Translations under genes and position numbers: made by a program | Assembly (NCBI GenBank): GCA_963845145.1 | Contig: CAWJQU010000003.1 | Coordinates: 1-64,000 of the forward strand | Reading direction: 5' to 3' | DNA: 64,000 nt | Origin: an uncultured delta proteobacterium | Lineage (GTDB): Bacteria > Desulfobacterota > Desulfobacteria > Desulfobacterales > QNYZ01 | Shown here: positions 39,033-49,298 of the stretch, in pieces | Numbering within the stretch: the first letter of the stretch is position 1 | Layout of the letters: each line of letters opens with the position of its first letter | The notes under the pieces: model-generated | Seen by the model: the letters and a program-made list of their open reading frames with translations, nothing else | What the model was told of the DNA's origin: nothing | Database searches by the model: none

Positions 39033-39743
39033 TCAGGGCGCCCAGAAAACCGTCACCGGAACTTTATTCTGTCCTAAAATATATCGAATCGGCATCACCT
39101 GGCAAGATCCACCGGCAGCGGCTTTTTCATAGCTTTTACGCTTATCGTCGCCCTCAATATGAACACATATCCGGTGGGCATTTAAAATCATGGGCAACGT
39201 CAGCGTCAATCGATCATAAATGCTACCAGCTGGTCTTAGGCCGACACAACTTTTCCTGGAGTATGGGTTAACGGCAGCTTCCAGCCGGTCGGCGCCAGGA
39301 ATCCAGGAAGCCGTATGGCCATCGGTACCCATCCCCAGAAGCACGAGATCAAATGGCTTTGATATTTTCTCATACCTTCCATCGCATGCACCTTCAGCGA
39401 CAACCGCCGACTCGGCTTTGGTTTTCATACCGATAAATTGTGCTCGGGCCGCCTTGTCTTTTAGTAGATGGGATCGGACCAGTTTTTCGTTGGAATCAGC
39501 GTTAGCCACATCAACCCAGCGTTCATCAACCAAGCCAACCGTAACCTTCTCCCACGGAAGATCGATATGGGACAAAGCCTCAAACAAGCCCATCGGCGTG
39601 GCGCCGCCTGAAACAATCAAGCTGGCCCCGTTTTTCGTTTGAATCGCCTCGACCAGATCAGTCCTAATTCGCATCGCCAACGTTTTTATAAGCGCTTTTG
39701 CGTCGACAAAGTCTAAGAAATCGGCACGGTTTCGAACCATCAT
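39033..39743 (-). CDS. pgl: 6-phosphogluconolactonase (start uncertain)
   Basis: SGGATP, VDERWV, DSNEKL, LGMGTDGHTAS and RLTLT motifs. Confidence 0.92.
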   Translation of the reverse strand: MMVRNRADFLDFVDAKALIKTLAMRIRTDLVEAIQTKNGASLIVSGGATPMGLFEALSHIDLPWEKVTVGLVDERWVDVANADSNEKLVRSHLLKDKAARAQFIGMKTKAESAVVAEGACDGRYEKISKPFDLVLLGMGTDGHTASWIPGADRLEAAVNPYSRKSCVGLRPAGSIYDRLTLTLPMILNAHRICVHIEGDDKRKSYEKAAAGGSCQVMPIRYILGQNKVPVTVFWAP

Positions 39744-40082
39744 GTTGATACTCGATTGCATTTTATCTTTGTCGAAGGTCACGGTTACCCGATCCGAACG
39801 GTTATGCACGAATGAATAATGCTGATGCTGGAAAACACATTTATAAATTGTCGGTTATCGATCAGCCAACCCCCTTCGCCAACGGGACATTATCATACCT
39901 GATAAATAGAGGGTGAACAAGGCCACCGCATCACCCGCTACATCAGCCGTTAACGCATTCGAAATCTACAATCATGATTGACAGTGCGGTGCCATTCAGA
40001 TAGAAATAACTTTTAATCCGGTGCACAAGCACCCTGACTTTAAAGACAAAACGCACATTACGAGCTTAGAAGGAATCGGCCC

Positions 40083-41156
40083 TTGCATATAATACGCGAG
40101 TGGTTTCACCGCCATTTCTCCGATCCCCAGGTCATCATTCTCTTTTTCATCCTGTTGGCAGGTACCGTTGCCATCTGGACCCTGGGGCGAATTATGGCAC
40201 CGGTAATAGCCAGTGTTGTCATAGCCTATCTGCTGGAGGGACTGGTCGGTTTCCTGGAACGCCGCCGGATTCCACGGCTGGCGGCCGTTTTGATCGTTTT
40301 TTTAACATTTATGACCTGCTTGATCTTTTTATTGTTCGGGCTGCTGCCCCAACTATCCTACCAGGTCGGCCAGGTTTTCAGTGAACTACCCGCAATGTTC
40401 GGCCGGGGGCAACGGCAACTGATGCTACTACCCGAGAAATATCCTGATTTTATTTCTCAGGAACAGGTTATAGCCTTGGTCAGATTTCTTCAAACGGAAC
40501 TCGGCCGTTTGGGACAAAAAGTGCTCAGCGTTTCCGTTGCATCGGTACGTGGCTTGGTTACCTTTCTGGTGTATCTGGTTCTGCTTCCGCTGATGGTCTT
40601 CTTTTTTCTAAAGGATAAGCAACCGATCCTTCGATGGGTAACCCGTTTCTTACCCGATAACCGAGACTTGACCGAGCAGGTATGGAAAAATGTCGATCGC
40701 CAGATCGGGAATTATATTCGGGGGAAATTCTGGGAAATCCTGATTATTTGGGTTGCCAGCTATCTGGTTTTCTTCCTGTTGGATCTAAATTATGCCATGT
40801 TGATGGGGTTAATGGTGGGATTATCTGTCCTTGTCCCGTATATTGGGGTAACCGTCACCACGCTGCCGGTGGCCTTGATGGGCTTTTTTCAGTGGGGGTT
40901 TTCGTCGGAATTGGTTTCCTTGTTGATTGCTTACGGCATTATTCAACTCCTGGATGGTAACCTGCTGGCGCCTCTTTTACTGTCTGAAGTGGTCCACCTG
41001 CATCCCGTTGCAATCATCACGGCGGTTCTTATTTTTGGTGGAATTTGGGGTTTCTGGGGTGTCTTTTTCGCCATACCATTGGCCACTCTCATTGAAGCGG
41101 TTATTAAATCCTGGCCAAGTTTTCAAATCACCGTAAAAGATTCGGAATGCGCATGA
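40083..41156 (+). CDS. AI-2E family transporter (PerM-like)
   Basis: Multi-TM; YIRGK, VPYIG, QLLDGNLLAPLL and LHPV...GFWGVFFAIPLA. Confidence 0.9.
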   Translation: MHIIREWFHRHFSDPQVIILFFILLAGTVAIWTLGRIMAPVIASVVIAYLLEGLVGFLERRRIPRLAAVLIVFLTFMTCLIFLLFGLLPQLSYQVGQVFSELPAMFGRGQRQLMLLPEKYPDFISQEQVIALVRFLQTELGRLGQKVLSVSVASVRGLVTFLVYLVLLPLMVFFFLKDKQPILRWVTRFLPDNRDLTEQVWKNVDRQIGNYIRGKFWEILIIWVASYLVFFLLDLNYAMLMGLMVGLSVLVPYIGVTVTTLPVALMGFFQWGFSSELVSLLIAYGIIQLLDGNLLAPLLLSEVVHLHPVAIITAVLIFGGIWGFWGVFFAIPLATLIEAVIKSWPSFQITVKDSECA

Positions 41157-41734
41157 ACGGCCCCTTTTTTTCCATTCATCCCCCCGATTGGTTGGCGACA
41201 TTTATGACTGCGCACAAAAAGCCGTTGCCTGCAATAGCGGACCGCATGGCGTTGACCATTGAATTGTCGGAAAAAAATGTCACCCATCAAACCGGTGGGC
41301 CTTTTGCTACCGTCATTTTTGATACGCAGACCTGGATTCCGCTTTCGGCAGGTGTCAACTTAGTGGAGACGGCTGCCTGCTCCATTTTACACGGGGAAAT
41401 CGTCGCTATTTGTACGGCCCACCGGAAGGTTGGCCATTTCGATCTGGGAGGTCTGGGATTGCCGCCCTATGAGCTGGTAACCAGCACGGAACCGTGCGCG
41501 ATGTGCATCGGAGCGATATGCTGGTCAGGCATAAAATATCTGGTATATGGCGCGAGGGACGAAGATGCCCGCCAAATCGGATTTGACGAAGGCCCCAAAG
41601 AGAAAAACTGGCAAAGATCCTTGGAAAATCGCGATATTACGGTGACTCGCGATGTGTCACGCTCAATGGCACGCCGAGTATTACAAAAATATGCCGACAA
41701 AGGCGGGTTAATTTATAACGCCCGTCAAGGTTAG
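41147..41734 (+). CDS. zinc-dependent nucleoside/nucleobase deaminase
   Basis: GGPF, HGE, EPCAMC and GFDEGPK motifs. Confidence 0.88.
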   Translation: MRMNGPFFSIHPPDWLATFMTAHKKPLPAIADRMALTIELSEKNVTHQTGGPFATVIFDTQTWIPLSAGVNLVETAACSILHGEIVAICTAHRKVGHFDLGGLGLPPYELVTSTEPCAMCIGAICWSGIKYLVYGARDEDARQIGFDEGPKEKNWQRSLENRDITVTRDVSRSMARRVLQKYADKGGLIYNARQG

Positions 41735-41754
41735 CAAGAGATCTGGATTAGGAC

Positions 41755-41802
41755 AGGGATAGGGATAGGGATAGGGATAGGGATAAAGTTAGAGATAGGG
41801 AT
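41755..41802 (+). repeat. (AGGGAT)5 hexamer microsatellite plus degenerate units
   Basis: AGGGAT x5 at 41755-41784, then AAAGTT AGAGAT AGGGAT, ending 5 nt before ATG 41808. Confidence 0.9.
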
Positions 41803-41807
41803 ACATT

Positions 41808-43151
41808 ATGACCATATTAGCACAAAAACGATTAGGCCTGATATTCATCATCTTAACTTTGGGCTTTGCAGCCATGGTCCATGGCGAATCGGATTTAACC
41901 CAGCAAGGCATCGCGTTTTTGCAAGGACAACGTTTTAAAGAAGCCATTCGTATCTTTTCAAAAATCATCAAGACGGACCCGAATAACGCTAAGGCGATCT
42001 ATTACCGCGGTATGGCACGATACTATCTGAATGACATTGACGCAGCTATTTCCGACTATACCCGCGCTATAGGCAAAGATCCCAAAATCACCGAAGTACT
42101 CACCAGCCGCGGCGTGGCATACTTCCGAAAGGGCGATTATAAACGGGCAAAAGAGGACCTGGATAACGCCCTCAAAAAGACCCCCGACGAGCCCAACGCC
42201 ATTAACCAAATGGCCTGGATGCTGGCTGTATGCCCGGATGCCCGCTATCGAGACGGAGAAAAAGCGATGGTGTTAGCGGAAAAAGCGGTCAAGATAAAAA
42301 CGACACCCAACTACCTGGACACCCTTGCCGCAGTACACGCTGAAAACGGGCGTTACAAAAAAGCCGCCGAAATTCAACGCAAAGTTATCGCGATGTTTAC
42401 CCAGGAAGAGCGGTTTAATCGGCTGGACGATTATCTTCAACGGTTGAAAACGTATCAATCCGGGAAACCATGGCGAACGGGTACGGGGGACATGGCGGCC
42501 GCTGAGACAAAGGTAGCCGAACCTGATTTTGTTAAAAAAGGAACCGAGAAAACCGAAAAAATTCGTAAATCAGAACCGAAAACATCGGAAAAACCAGCCA
42601 ACGCAGTGGCAGCCTCACCTGTGAAAACAACACCGCAGGTTAAAAAACCCATCGGTGATGCTCTGCCCACGCCGGCGGTAACCTCTAAGCCCGGGAAATA
42701 TCCCTACACCATTTTTATCTCAACCTATCAAGATCCGAAAATTTCTAAAGCCAAAGTTTTCAAGCTACGCCAAAACCGCGACCCGGCTTATGTTTCCCAT
42801 GCTTACTTTAAAGACTCCGGACACTGGTACCAGATCTATTTCGGCTGGTTTCAAAGCATCGATGAGGCCAAAAAAGCGGCTGAAAATCTCACCCAAAGGC
42901 ATTTCAAGAAAGCGATCGTTGTGAAAAAGCCCTATGCGGTTCAAGCCGGTAAGTCTCCGTCCAAACCGGCCTTAAAAAAGATGGCGTCGCGTTTGGCGGA
43001 TTTAAATTATCCAGCCTACCAAATAGCAGATCCGGTTAACCCCGACATCATTAGAATACTCGTCGGAGCCTATTCCACAGAGACTGTCCCGGATAAACTG
43101 ATAAACACCCTTAAGACAGCCGGGTTCGACCCCAAGGTTGTTCGCCGATAA
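41808..43151 (+). CDS. exported TPR-repeat protein with low-complexity linker and C-terminal SPOR-like domains
   Basis: Signal peptide; TPRs (AIYYRGMARY, SRGVAYF, LDTLAAVHA); K/P/A-rich linker; WYQIYFGWF and RILVGAY SPOR-like strands. Confidence 0.82.
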   Translation: MTILAQKRLGLIFIILTLGFAAMVHGESDLTQQGIAFLQGQRFKEAIRIFSKIIKTDPNNAKAIYYRGMARYYLNDIDAAISDYTRAIGKDPKITEVLTSRGVAYFRKGDYKRAKEDLDNALKKTPDEPNAINQMAWMLAVCPDARYRDGEKAMVLAEKAVKIKTTPNYLDTLAAVHAENGRYKKAAEIQRKVIAMFTQEERFNRLDDYLQRLKTYQSGKPWRTGTGDMAAAETKVAEPDFVKKGTEKTEKIRKSEPKTSEKPANAVAASPVKTTPQVKKPIGDALPTPAVTSKPGKYPYTIFISTYQDPKISKAKVFKLRQNRDPAYVSHAYFKDSGHWYQIYFGWFQSIDEAKKAAENLTQRHFKKAIVVKKPYAVQAGKSPSKPALKKMASRLADLNYPAYQIADPVNPDIIRILVGAYSTETVPDKLINTLKTAGFDPKVVRR

Positions 43152-43237
43152 CTGATTTTCCTGAACAGGATAAAATGATTGAAAAATGAACGTGAAAATC
43201 TGATGGAATAGCCCCATCAACAAGGAAACAATCAAAT

Positions 43238-43849
43238 ATGTACGAAAAGAAGGATCGCTTAAACCTTTTTAAATCATTATCCGTACCGATCATGGTCGTC
43301 GATGCAGATTGTCGGATTCTTGATGCAAACCTGGCGGCCGCGGCGTGGACCAGTCTGCCTAACAACCGGATCATCGGTCGAACGTGCTACCAACTGACTA
43401 CCGGTAACACGCAACCCTGCTGGGAAAATGACGAAGTAAATTGTCCGATTAAGCTGGCGCTTGAAAGTATGAAACCGGCCCGTCTCATCCATCAGAAAAA
43501 ATTTGGCGGCCGCTCGATTATCGAAGAAGTGGTGGCAACCCCCATTTTTAGTGATAAAAATGAAATTGATTATCTGATTTTGGAATTAAATGACATTTCC
43601 GAACTACTCAATACGAAAGAAGTCATTACGTACTTGAAAAATGAAATAAACACCCTGCGCCAGATTATTCCGATTTGTGCATCATGCAAGAAAATCCGTG
43701 ACGATGACGGTTTTTGGCAAAATGTCGAAAATTATTTCAGCACGCGTATCGATGTTCAATTCTCACACTCCATGTGCCCGGAGTGCGTGAAAGCCAACCA
43801 TCCGGAAGTTTGTAACATTAACCCGATACTTTGCAGTAGTGATGAATGA
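43238..43849 (+). CDS. PAS-domain protein with C-terminal CxxC...HxxCxxC motif
   Basis: IMVVDADCRILDAN..IIGRTCY (PAS); IPICASCKKIRD...FSHSMCPEC. Confidence 0.82.
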   Translation: MYEKKDRLNLFKSLSVPIMVVDADCRILDANLAAAAWTSLPNNRIIGRTCYQLTTGNTQPCWENDEVNCPIKLALESMKPARLIHQKKFGGRSIIEEVVATPIFSDKNEIDYLILELNDISELLNTKEVITYLKNEINTLRQIIPICASCKKIRDDDGFWQNVENYFSTRIDVQFSHSMCPECVKANHPEVCNINPILCSSDE

Positions 43850-43931
43850 CCCATTTTCAACGAAACAAATTAATAACCATAAATCGAATGCGTTTTAATC
43901 ATCGTCGTATCTATAAAGTGACTTTATCCTT

Positions 43932-44822
43932 ATGACGGCATCCTCCAGAGTTTATTTGATCCTTTGCAGTATTTTTATCCTTTTGTTTTATCGACCGGTG
44001 TTGGCTGATGATACGAAACCGATAAATACAGTGGTTCGAACAAAACCTCTTTGGGAACTCCATCTATTCAATAGCGTGGCACGGTTACCACTATACCGGG
44101 GGTCTGACGAACATAAAACCTATTTTTTGCCCCTACCCTATTTAATTTACCGTGGGAAAATTTTCCAGGCGGACCGCGAAGGTTTGAGAGGGATTTTCTA
44201 TCGATCCGAATATTTGGAAACGACCTTTTCTTTTTACGGTAACCCGCCAGCGGATGATGACGACACAGCCAGAGAGGGCATTGGTGATTTGGATGCGATT
44301 GTTGAAGCCGGCCCGGCTCTGAAATGGTTTTTTTTAGGTCGGCATCCTCGTAAGTATTTATATATCGCCCCGGCTTTGCGCTGGACAGCTTCGGTCGGCA
44401 TACCGGATAATTTGAAAACCCGCCATCGTGGATATCGCTTTTTAGCTAGCTTGATCTATCATTACGAACCGACCTGGCAGAACAATCGCTGGCAATTCGA
44501 TACCAATTTGGAAATTAATTTTGCCGATCAACGCTACCACGGTTACTTTTATGATGTGCCTCCTGAACATGCCCATCCCAACCGACCGGCTTATGAGGCA
44601 GGGGGTGGGTTTGGCGGCATCATGCTGTCCGGCAGTGTGAGCCATCGATTCAACGATAAATTCTCACTGGTGGTCTATGGCCGTTGGGAGACATTGGCAG
44701 GAGCTGTCTATCAAGACAGCCCACTGGTTGAAACAGATAATAATTTTATTGGTGCTGCAGCGTTAAACTGGCAACTGTATTCAAGTAAAAAGCGGGTGGA
44801 TGCCCGTTATCAAGAAAAATAG
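43932..44822 (+). CDS. MipA/OmpV family outer-membrane protein
   Basis: Signal peptide; PLYRGSD...LPLPYLIYRG, YFYDV and DSPLV motifs. Confidence 0.82.
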   Translation: MTASSRVYLILCSIFILLFYRPVLADDTKPINTVVRTKPLWELHLFNSVARLPLYRGSDEHKTYFLPLPYLIYRGKIFQADREGLRGIFYRSEYLETTFSFYGNPPADDDDTAREGIGDLDAIVEAGPALKWFFLGRHPRKYLYIAPALRWTASVGIPDNLKTRHRGYRFLASLIYHYEPTWQNNRWQFDTNLEINFADQRYHGYFYDVPPEHAHPNRPAYEAGGGFGGIMLSGSVSHRFNDKFSLVVYGRWETLAGAVYQDSPLVETDNNFIGAAALNWQLYSSKKRVDARYQEK

Positions 44823-44859
44823 GCACGCAATTTGACAAGGTTGGGTAGATGTGCAGTTG

Positions 44860-45609
44860 TCAGGTCATGCCGCCATTGACCGAAATCACCTGGCCTGTAA
44901 TATAAGACGCATCCTCTGAGCAGAGGAACCGTACAACCTTGGCCACTTCCTCCGGCCGCCCTACCCGTTCCATGGGAATCATGCTTTTTAGCCCTTCTAT
45001 GGGTATATCTTTGGTCATATCCGTATCGATCAAGCCCGGTGCGACGACGTTAACACGAATACCCATTCGTGCCACTTCGGCCGCCAGGGAGCGACTGGCA
45101 CCGATCAATCCGGCTTTGGCCGCCGAGTAATTGGTCTGCCCCCGATTACCTATCAGGCCGGCCACAGATGAGATGGAAATTACCGATCCTTTTTTACTGC
45201 GGGCCATTTTTCTCAGTACGGGTTTCGTCATATTATAAAATCCGGCCAGGGTCGTGTCGACGACCTGATGCCAGTTATCCGTGGACATCATCATAAACAG
45301 ACCATCTTTGGTGATACCGGCATTGTTCACCAGCACATCGACGGTTTTGTATCTTGAGAACAGGTCATCCAGGGCAGCCTTGGTTTCTTTGGCATCGGTT
45401 ACATCATAGGCTTGCGCTTCTCCCTGCCCCCCATTTTTTTCAATCAGCTTGACGGTTTCAGTTGCAGCCGCATGGCTCGATCGATAATTAACGGCGACAT
45501 AATACCCGCACCGGGAAAGCTCTAACGCTATAGCCCGGCCGATGCCTTTTCCAGCGCCAGTGACAATCGCCACCCGTGTATTACTAGAAGTATCACCAGA
45601 TTCACCCAT
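44860..45609 (-). CDS. fabG: 3-oxoacyl-ACP reductase
   Basis: [35 protein letters not shown] and [12 protein letters not shown]. Confidence 0.9.
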   Translation of the reverse strand: MGESGDTSSNTRVAIVTGAGKGIGRAIALELSRCGYYVAVNYRSSHAAATETVKLIEKNGGQGEAQAYDVTDAKETKAALDDLFSRYKTVDVLVNNAGITKDGLFMMMSTDNWHQVVDTTLAGFYNMTKPVLRKMARSKKGSVISISSVAGLIGNRGQTNYSAAKAGLIGASRSLAAEVARMGIRVNVVAPGLIDTDMTKDIPIEGLKSMIPMERVGRPEEVAKVVRFLCSEDASYITGQVISVNGGMT

Positions 45610-45842
45610 CCGTATCTCTCCTTATAGCCCTTAACGATGTAAAGGGGCAATTTCCTCTAAATAGGGTTTCGCTGACCACTCGCGATCCCATATCGAAAAT
45701 AACGCGTCGCGCTTGATATTAAAATGATTGAAAATCTCCTTTAAAACGCGTATCAATACGGCACCCATAAAGTTTCATGACCATATAAAACGTTTGTTTT
45801 ATTCGCACGTTGATACCCTAAATAACAGGCTTTTGTAAAGAG

Positions 45843-46430
45843 ATGAATCTGGTCCTACTATTTATAGGCGCGTATTTGATCGGCTCGGTAAACGTGCCCA
45901 TTGGCTTGTTTCGCCTCCTGGGCCGTGAAGACCCGCGCACCCATTTCAGCGGCAATCCCGGCATGACCAATGTGTACCGCCAGGCAGGCATGGGGTGGGC
46001 ATTAGTGGTCCTGCTTTTAGAAACGGGAAAAGCGATGGTACTTGCCTTCGCCTCCCTGCACTTGCTACCGGCCAGGATGATCCCATGGACCGGCTTCGGC
46101 TTGATAATCGGAAATCTATACCCCTGTTTTCACCATTTTAAGGGCGGCAAAGGGGTGGCCAATTATCTTGGTTTCGCGATTCCGATTGTACCACTTGCTG
46201 CTGTCATCGCAATGCTCACTTGGCCTATCACTTATTTGATCACCCGCAAACCGTTTATCGGGTCCTTTATTATGGTCGCCGTGATTGCGACTGGAATCAT
46301 CATCTACTGCGGCCCAACACCCCTTGCCCTTGCCGGAACAGCGGCGACAGCCGCAATCATTTACTATGCCCATCGACAAAATGTGATAGAATTTTTTGCC
46401 GAAAAGGGGCTCTTTTTGAAAAAGAAATAA
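45843..46430 (+). CDS. plsY: glycerol-3-phosphate acyltransferase
   Basis: AYLIGS, SGNPGMTN, FKGGKGVA and HRQN motifs; multi-TM. Confidence 0.85.
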   Translation: MNLVLLFIGAYLIGSVNVPIGLFRLLGREDPRTHFSGNPGMTNVYRQAGMGWALVVLLLETGKAMVLAFASLHLLPARMIPWTGFGLIIGNLYPCFHHFKGGKGVANYLGFAIPIVPLAAVIAMLTWPITYLITRKPFIGSFIMVAVIATGIIIYCGPTPLALAGTAATAAIIYYAHRQNVIEFFAEKGLFLKKK

Positions 46431-46494
46431 CGACTCCCCCCGCAACCGGATTCATTCAGGAGGGCCATCTTTAGATCCCTAAAGGTTACAAGGC

Positions 46495-46640
46495 TTACGC
46501 TTCAATCTTTTTCAGAACGTCATATAAAATCTCCAGGGCGGCATGGCCTGCTTGAAAAGGTCCTCGCGAATCCAGTCGACACGATAGACATCACACTCGG
46601 GAACCTTCAAATGGTATGGACAACGGTAACAATAGGTGGG
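46495..46640 (-). pseudogene. remnant of a class-III (4-aminobutyrate/ornithine-type) aminotransferase gene
   Basis: Reads PTYCYRCPYHLKVPECDVYRVDWIREDLFKQAMPP, then in another frame AALEILYDVLKKIEA*. These resemble an internal segment and a C-terminal helix of this family. Confidence 0.55.
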
Positions 46641-47090
46641 TTAACCTCGAAATTTTAAAGCGGTACCGTAAGCGATAGCCTCAACGCATCCGACCCCCTT
46701 TTTATTGGCCCGACGCCCAATGGATGTTGTCTCAATGCGGACATTCACGATAATTCGGGCATCCGAGGCCGCTTCCCGCATTCGCAGCAGTGCTTCCCGA
46801 CGCGCCCGATCCAGCAGGCTTTCGTAGGATTTTACGGTACCACCGAAGATATTCCTTAGGCTGGCCAAAAGCCGTTTGAAATAATCGACGGAAATCACGG
46901 CACTCCCGCTCACCATTGTAGCAGATTCGATCTGGCCATCAGGAATTGCAGTCTTCTCTAAAGTAACAATGGGTTGCCCGAGGTGATCGGCTTCACGTTG
47001 TTCAATGGACCGAAAATGCCGTTTTTCGGCCAGTGTACCCATTGAATATCCCAGGACAACCAGTGTAATAAAAATAATGAGATCAATCAT
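46641..47090 (-). CDS. YbjQ-family (UPF0145) protein with N-terminal TM
   Basis: LRNIFGG..SYESLLDRARREA, VNVRIET and AYGTA motifs. Confidence 0.88.
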   Translation of the reverse strand: MIDLIIFITLVVLGYSMGTLAEKRHFRSIEQREADHLGQPIVTLEKTAIPDGQIESATMVSGSAVISVDYFKRLLASLRNIFGGTVKSYESLLDRARREALLRMREAASDARIIVNVRIETTSIGRRANKKGVGCVEAIAYGTALKFRG

Positions 47091-47104
47091 ATGCCGTCTC
47101 CTAT

Positions 47105-47419
47105 TCAGGCCACCCGTACCGCAGTCCCATACACATACAGTTCAGCGGCCCCCTGGGTGATGGATGACGTTGAAAAACGGACATTGACGATGGCATTGGC
47201 ACCAAGCTGCTCAGCATTAGAAATCATGCGAGCCGTCGCCTGATCCCGGGATTCTTGTAACAATTTGGTGTAACCTTTCAGTTCTCCGCCAACAATATTT
47301 TTTAAACTGGCCATGATATCCCGGCCAATATGTTTGGCCCGAATGGTATTGCCGGACACCATGCCAAAATGCTCGGTGATGGTTTTTCCCGGAACGGTTT
47401 CAATGTTGGTTATGATCAT
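47105..47419 (-). CDS. YbjQ-family (UPF0145) protein
   Basis: GRDIMASLKNIVGGEL, GANAIVNVRF and YGTAV motifs. Confidence 0.92.
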   Translation of the reverse strand: MIITNIETVPGKTITEHFGMVSGNTIRAKHIGRDIMASLKNIVGGELKGYTKLLQESRDQATARMISNAEQLGANAIVNVRFSTSSITQGAAELYVYGTAVRVA

Positions 47420-47459
47420 CTAATTCTCCTTTCGCTCGTAGTGAGGGCAAATAGTCTGG

Positions 47460-49001
47460 TCATGGCATCTTTTGCAAAAACGAACTCCGCGTCATTCCCG
47501 CCCCAACCGAATCATACAAAATAGTCTTGGCGCGCTTTAACTGATCCAGGTTCTGATTGATAGGAATTCCCTGAACAGTATCCGCTTTTAACACATCCCG
47601 ATGAAGGTCGTACGGCAGTCGCGGCATGCAGACGACCGAACAATTACCCCGGGTATGGACATTGATTAACATTTTATTGGCAATGAAAGCGACCACCTCA
47701 TTTTTCACATCACGAGAAAGTCCTTTGAACAACTGTTCCAGGGTTAAGGGGATCATGGCAAAGTTGGCCTGGTGTTCAATCAATAGGTCAATATCGCGAA
47801 TGGACAAATCATGATAGCCCAGCAGCTTTTTTAGGTGGTTACCAACCCCCCGGGTAGCATAAAGAAAAACGCCCTTGCCATCCATTTCACCATACACATC
47901 CCCATCGTCATCATCGAAAACCGCCTGTATAAAGGCCCCAAAGCACCCATGGGTGCTGGTAGTCGTATCGATAATCCCGTGCACCGGTGGTGTAAAAGTA
48001 AACCCGTGGCCTTTTTGCACGGTGACATAAACCTGATCATCAATCCCGGCGCAGGCCGACACCACGGTATTATACTTTCCAGATCGGACATAAGCTCGGG
48101 CAATCATTTCAACGAGGTCGGCATTTTGTGTCATGGACATAATATCAAAAGCGAAAGATTGGATTCTCTCATCATAAAATGCCAACGCATCCTTGAAACG
48201 ACCAAACACGCCTTTTTCAAACGCTTTCGGAAACCTCAGTTCGGCCAGGCGCTGCTGAACCCTTGCGGCAAAAGCGGGCACGCGAAGTTCGATTTTACCC
48301 AGTTGGTTGTCGACAATCAGCCCGTCAATGGGTCCATCACCGGTCAATTCAAAAATCGCCTGCGCCGTGGCCTCCACCGGATCAGCACCCAGCGAACGCT
48401 TGATCGGTTCACTGGCGCTATAGTGGCCGGTGAAGCTCAGGCCGGCATGGGTTTGAAAAGCGGTGGCCATTGCATCATCGCCAAATATTATGGTTGCCGT
48501 ATCCGTGGCCCGAAAAGCCTTGGCACGGTGAATATTTTCCGCACCGACAATAACGGAAAGATCGTCCGGCGCAAGGACACCGTCAATGGACAACATAAAC
48601 AACAATTCTGCCGCCACATTAAACCCCGGGCATCCAGCATAAAGATCCAGGGCTATCACATCGGGGGCATGTTCTTTAATAGCTTCCAGTGGAAACCGAA
48701 TCAGTGGGCCCGGATCGTATTTATCCTCGCCCACATTGGTGGCGCCGATCAACCACTTGATTCGCGACGGGTCTATATCGGATGTGTCGAGAAGGTTTTG
48801 AAGGGCGAGGACACCGATGCGCTCATCTTCGGGTGCGGCCATACGGGTCCGTACACCCATGCGTTCCTCTATCGTTCGGCTATTTACAGGGATATCGTTT
48901 TTGAAAGTCATCCCCGTGTTTTCATAACAGCTGTTGTCTACCAGCTTACCGCCGTTCCAGGCGCCCTGGGCCAAAATGGATAAGACTGCTTCAGTGGCCA
49001 A
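47460..49001 (-). CDS. enlarged KAS III/thiolase-fold condensing enzyme (513 aa)
   Basis: TTG start with GGAGGA RBS; IEERMGVRTR, AGCPGF, IFGDDA, MDGKGVF, EHQAN, GNCSVV and GAGMT. Confidence 0.78.
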   Translation of the reverse strand: MATEAVLSILAQGAWNGGKLVDNSCYENTGMTFKNDIPVNSRTIEERMGVRTRMAAPEDERIGVLALQNLLDTSDIDPSRIKWLIGATNVGEDKYDPGPLIRFPLEAIKEHAPDVIALDLYAGCPGFNVAAELLFMLSIDGVLAPDDLSVIVGAENIHRAKAFRATDTATIIFGDDAMATAFQTHAGLSFTGHYSASEPIKRSLGADPVEATAQAIFELTGDGPIDGLIVDNQLGKIELRVPAFAARVQQRLAELRFPKAFEKGVFGRFKDALAFYDERIQSFAFDIMSMTQNADLVEMIARAYVRSGKYNTVVSACAGIDDQVYVTVQKGHGFTFTPPVHGIIDTTTSTHGCFGAFIQAVFDDDDGDVYGEMDGKGVFLYATRGVGNHLKKLLGYHDLSIRDIDLLIEHQANFAMIPLTLEQLFKGLSRDVKNEVVAFIANKMLINVHTRGNCSVVCMPRLPYDLHRDVLKADTVQGIPINQNLDQLKRAKTILYDSVGAGMTRSSFLQKMP

Positions 49002-49298
49002 AATGCAATCCTCCCTTTGTTTATCGTAGCCGGTTTATCGTGGCCGCCGGTTTATCGTTACCGATAGATAAAGCGCGAATCATTTGCCGGCCGTCACTTC
49101 AACTATTTCAGAATCGGCCGAAATTTGCACCATAGTTAAGGTCCCGCCGATCGTCAAGATGAAATAAGCAATCCTGAGTCCCAAACACTGATACTGTATT
49201 TAAAAAATCATTTACAAAACAAGCCGGATTTAATATAAAATTGAGCAGACTGAAATGGTTATATCTGTCAATCGATTCTTCAGCTCAAAGGGGTCATC

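Noticed and set aside
46430..46640. Possible 6S RNA or other ncRNA in the plsY-ybjQ gap
   Set aside because: No long end-to-end pairing found; most of the gap is better explained as an aminotransferase remnant.
46641..46643. Selenocysteine or pyrrolysine readthrough of YbjQ into the Cys-rich in-frame extension
   Set aside because: The stop is TAA, not TGA or TAG.
47835..48983. 382-aa plus-strand ORF
   Set aside because: Lies antisense within the KAS III-like gene and has no recognisable motifs; treated as a shadow ORF.
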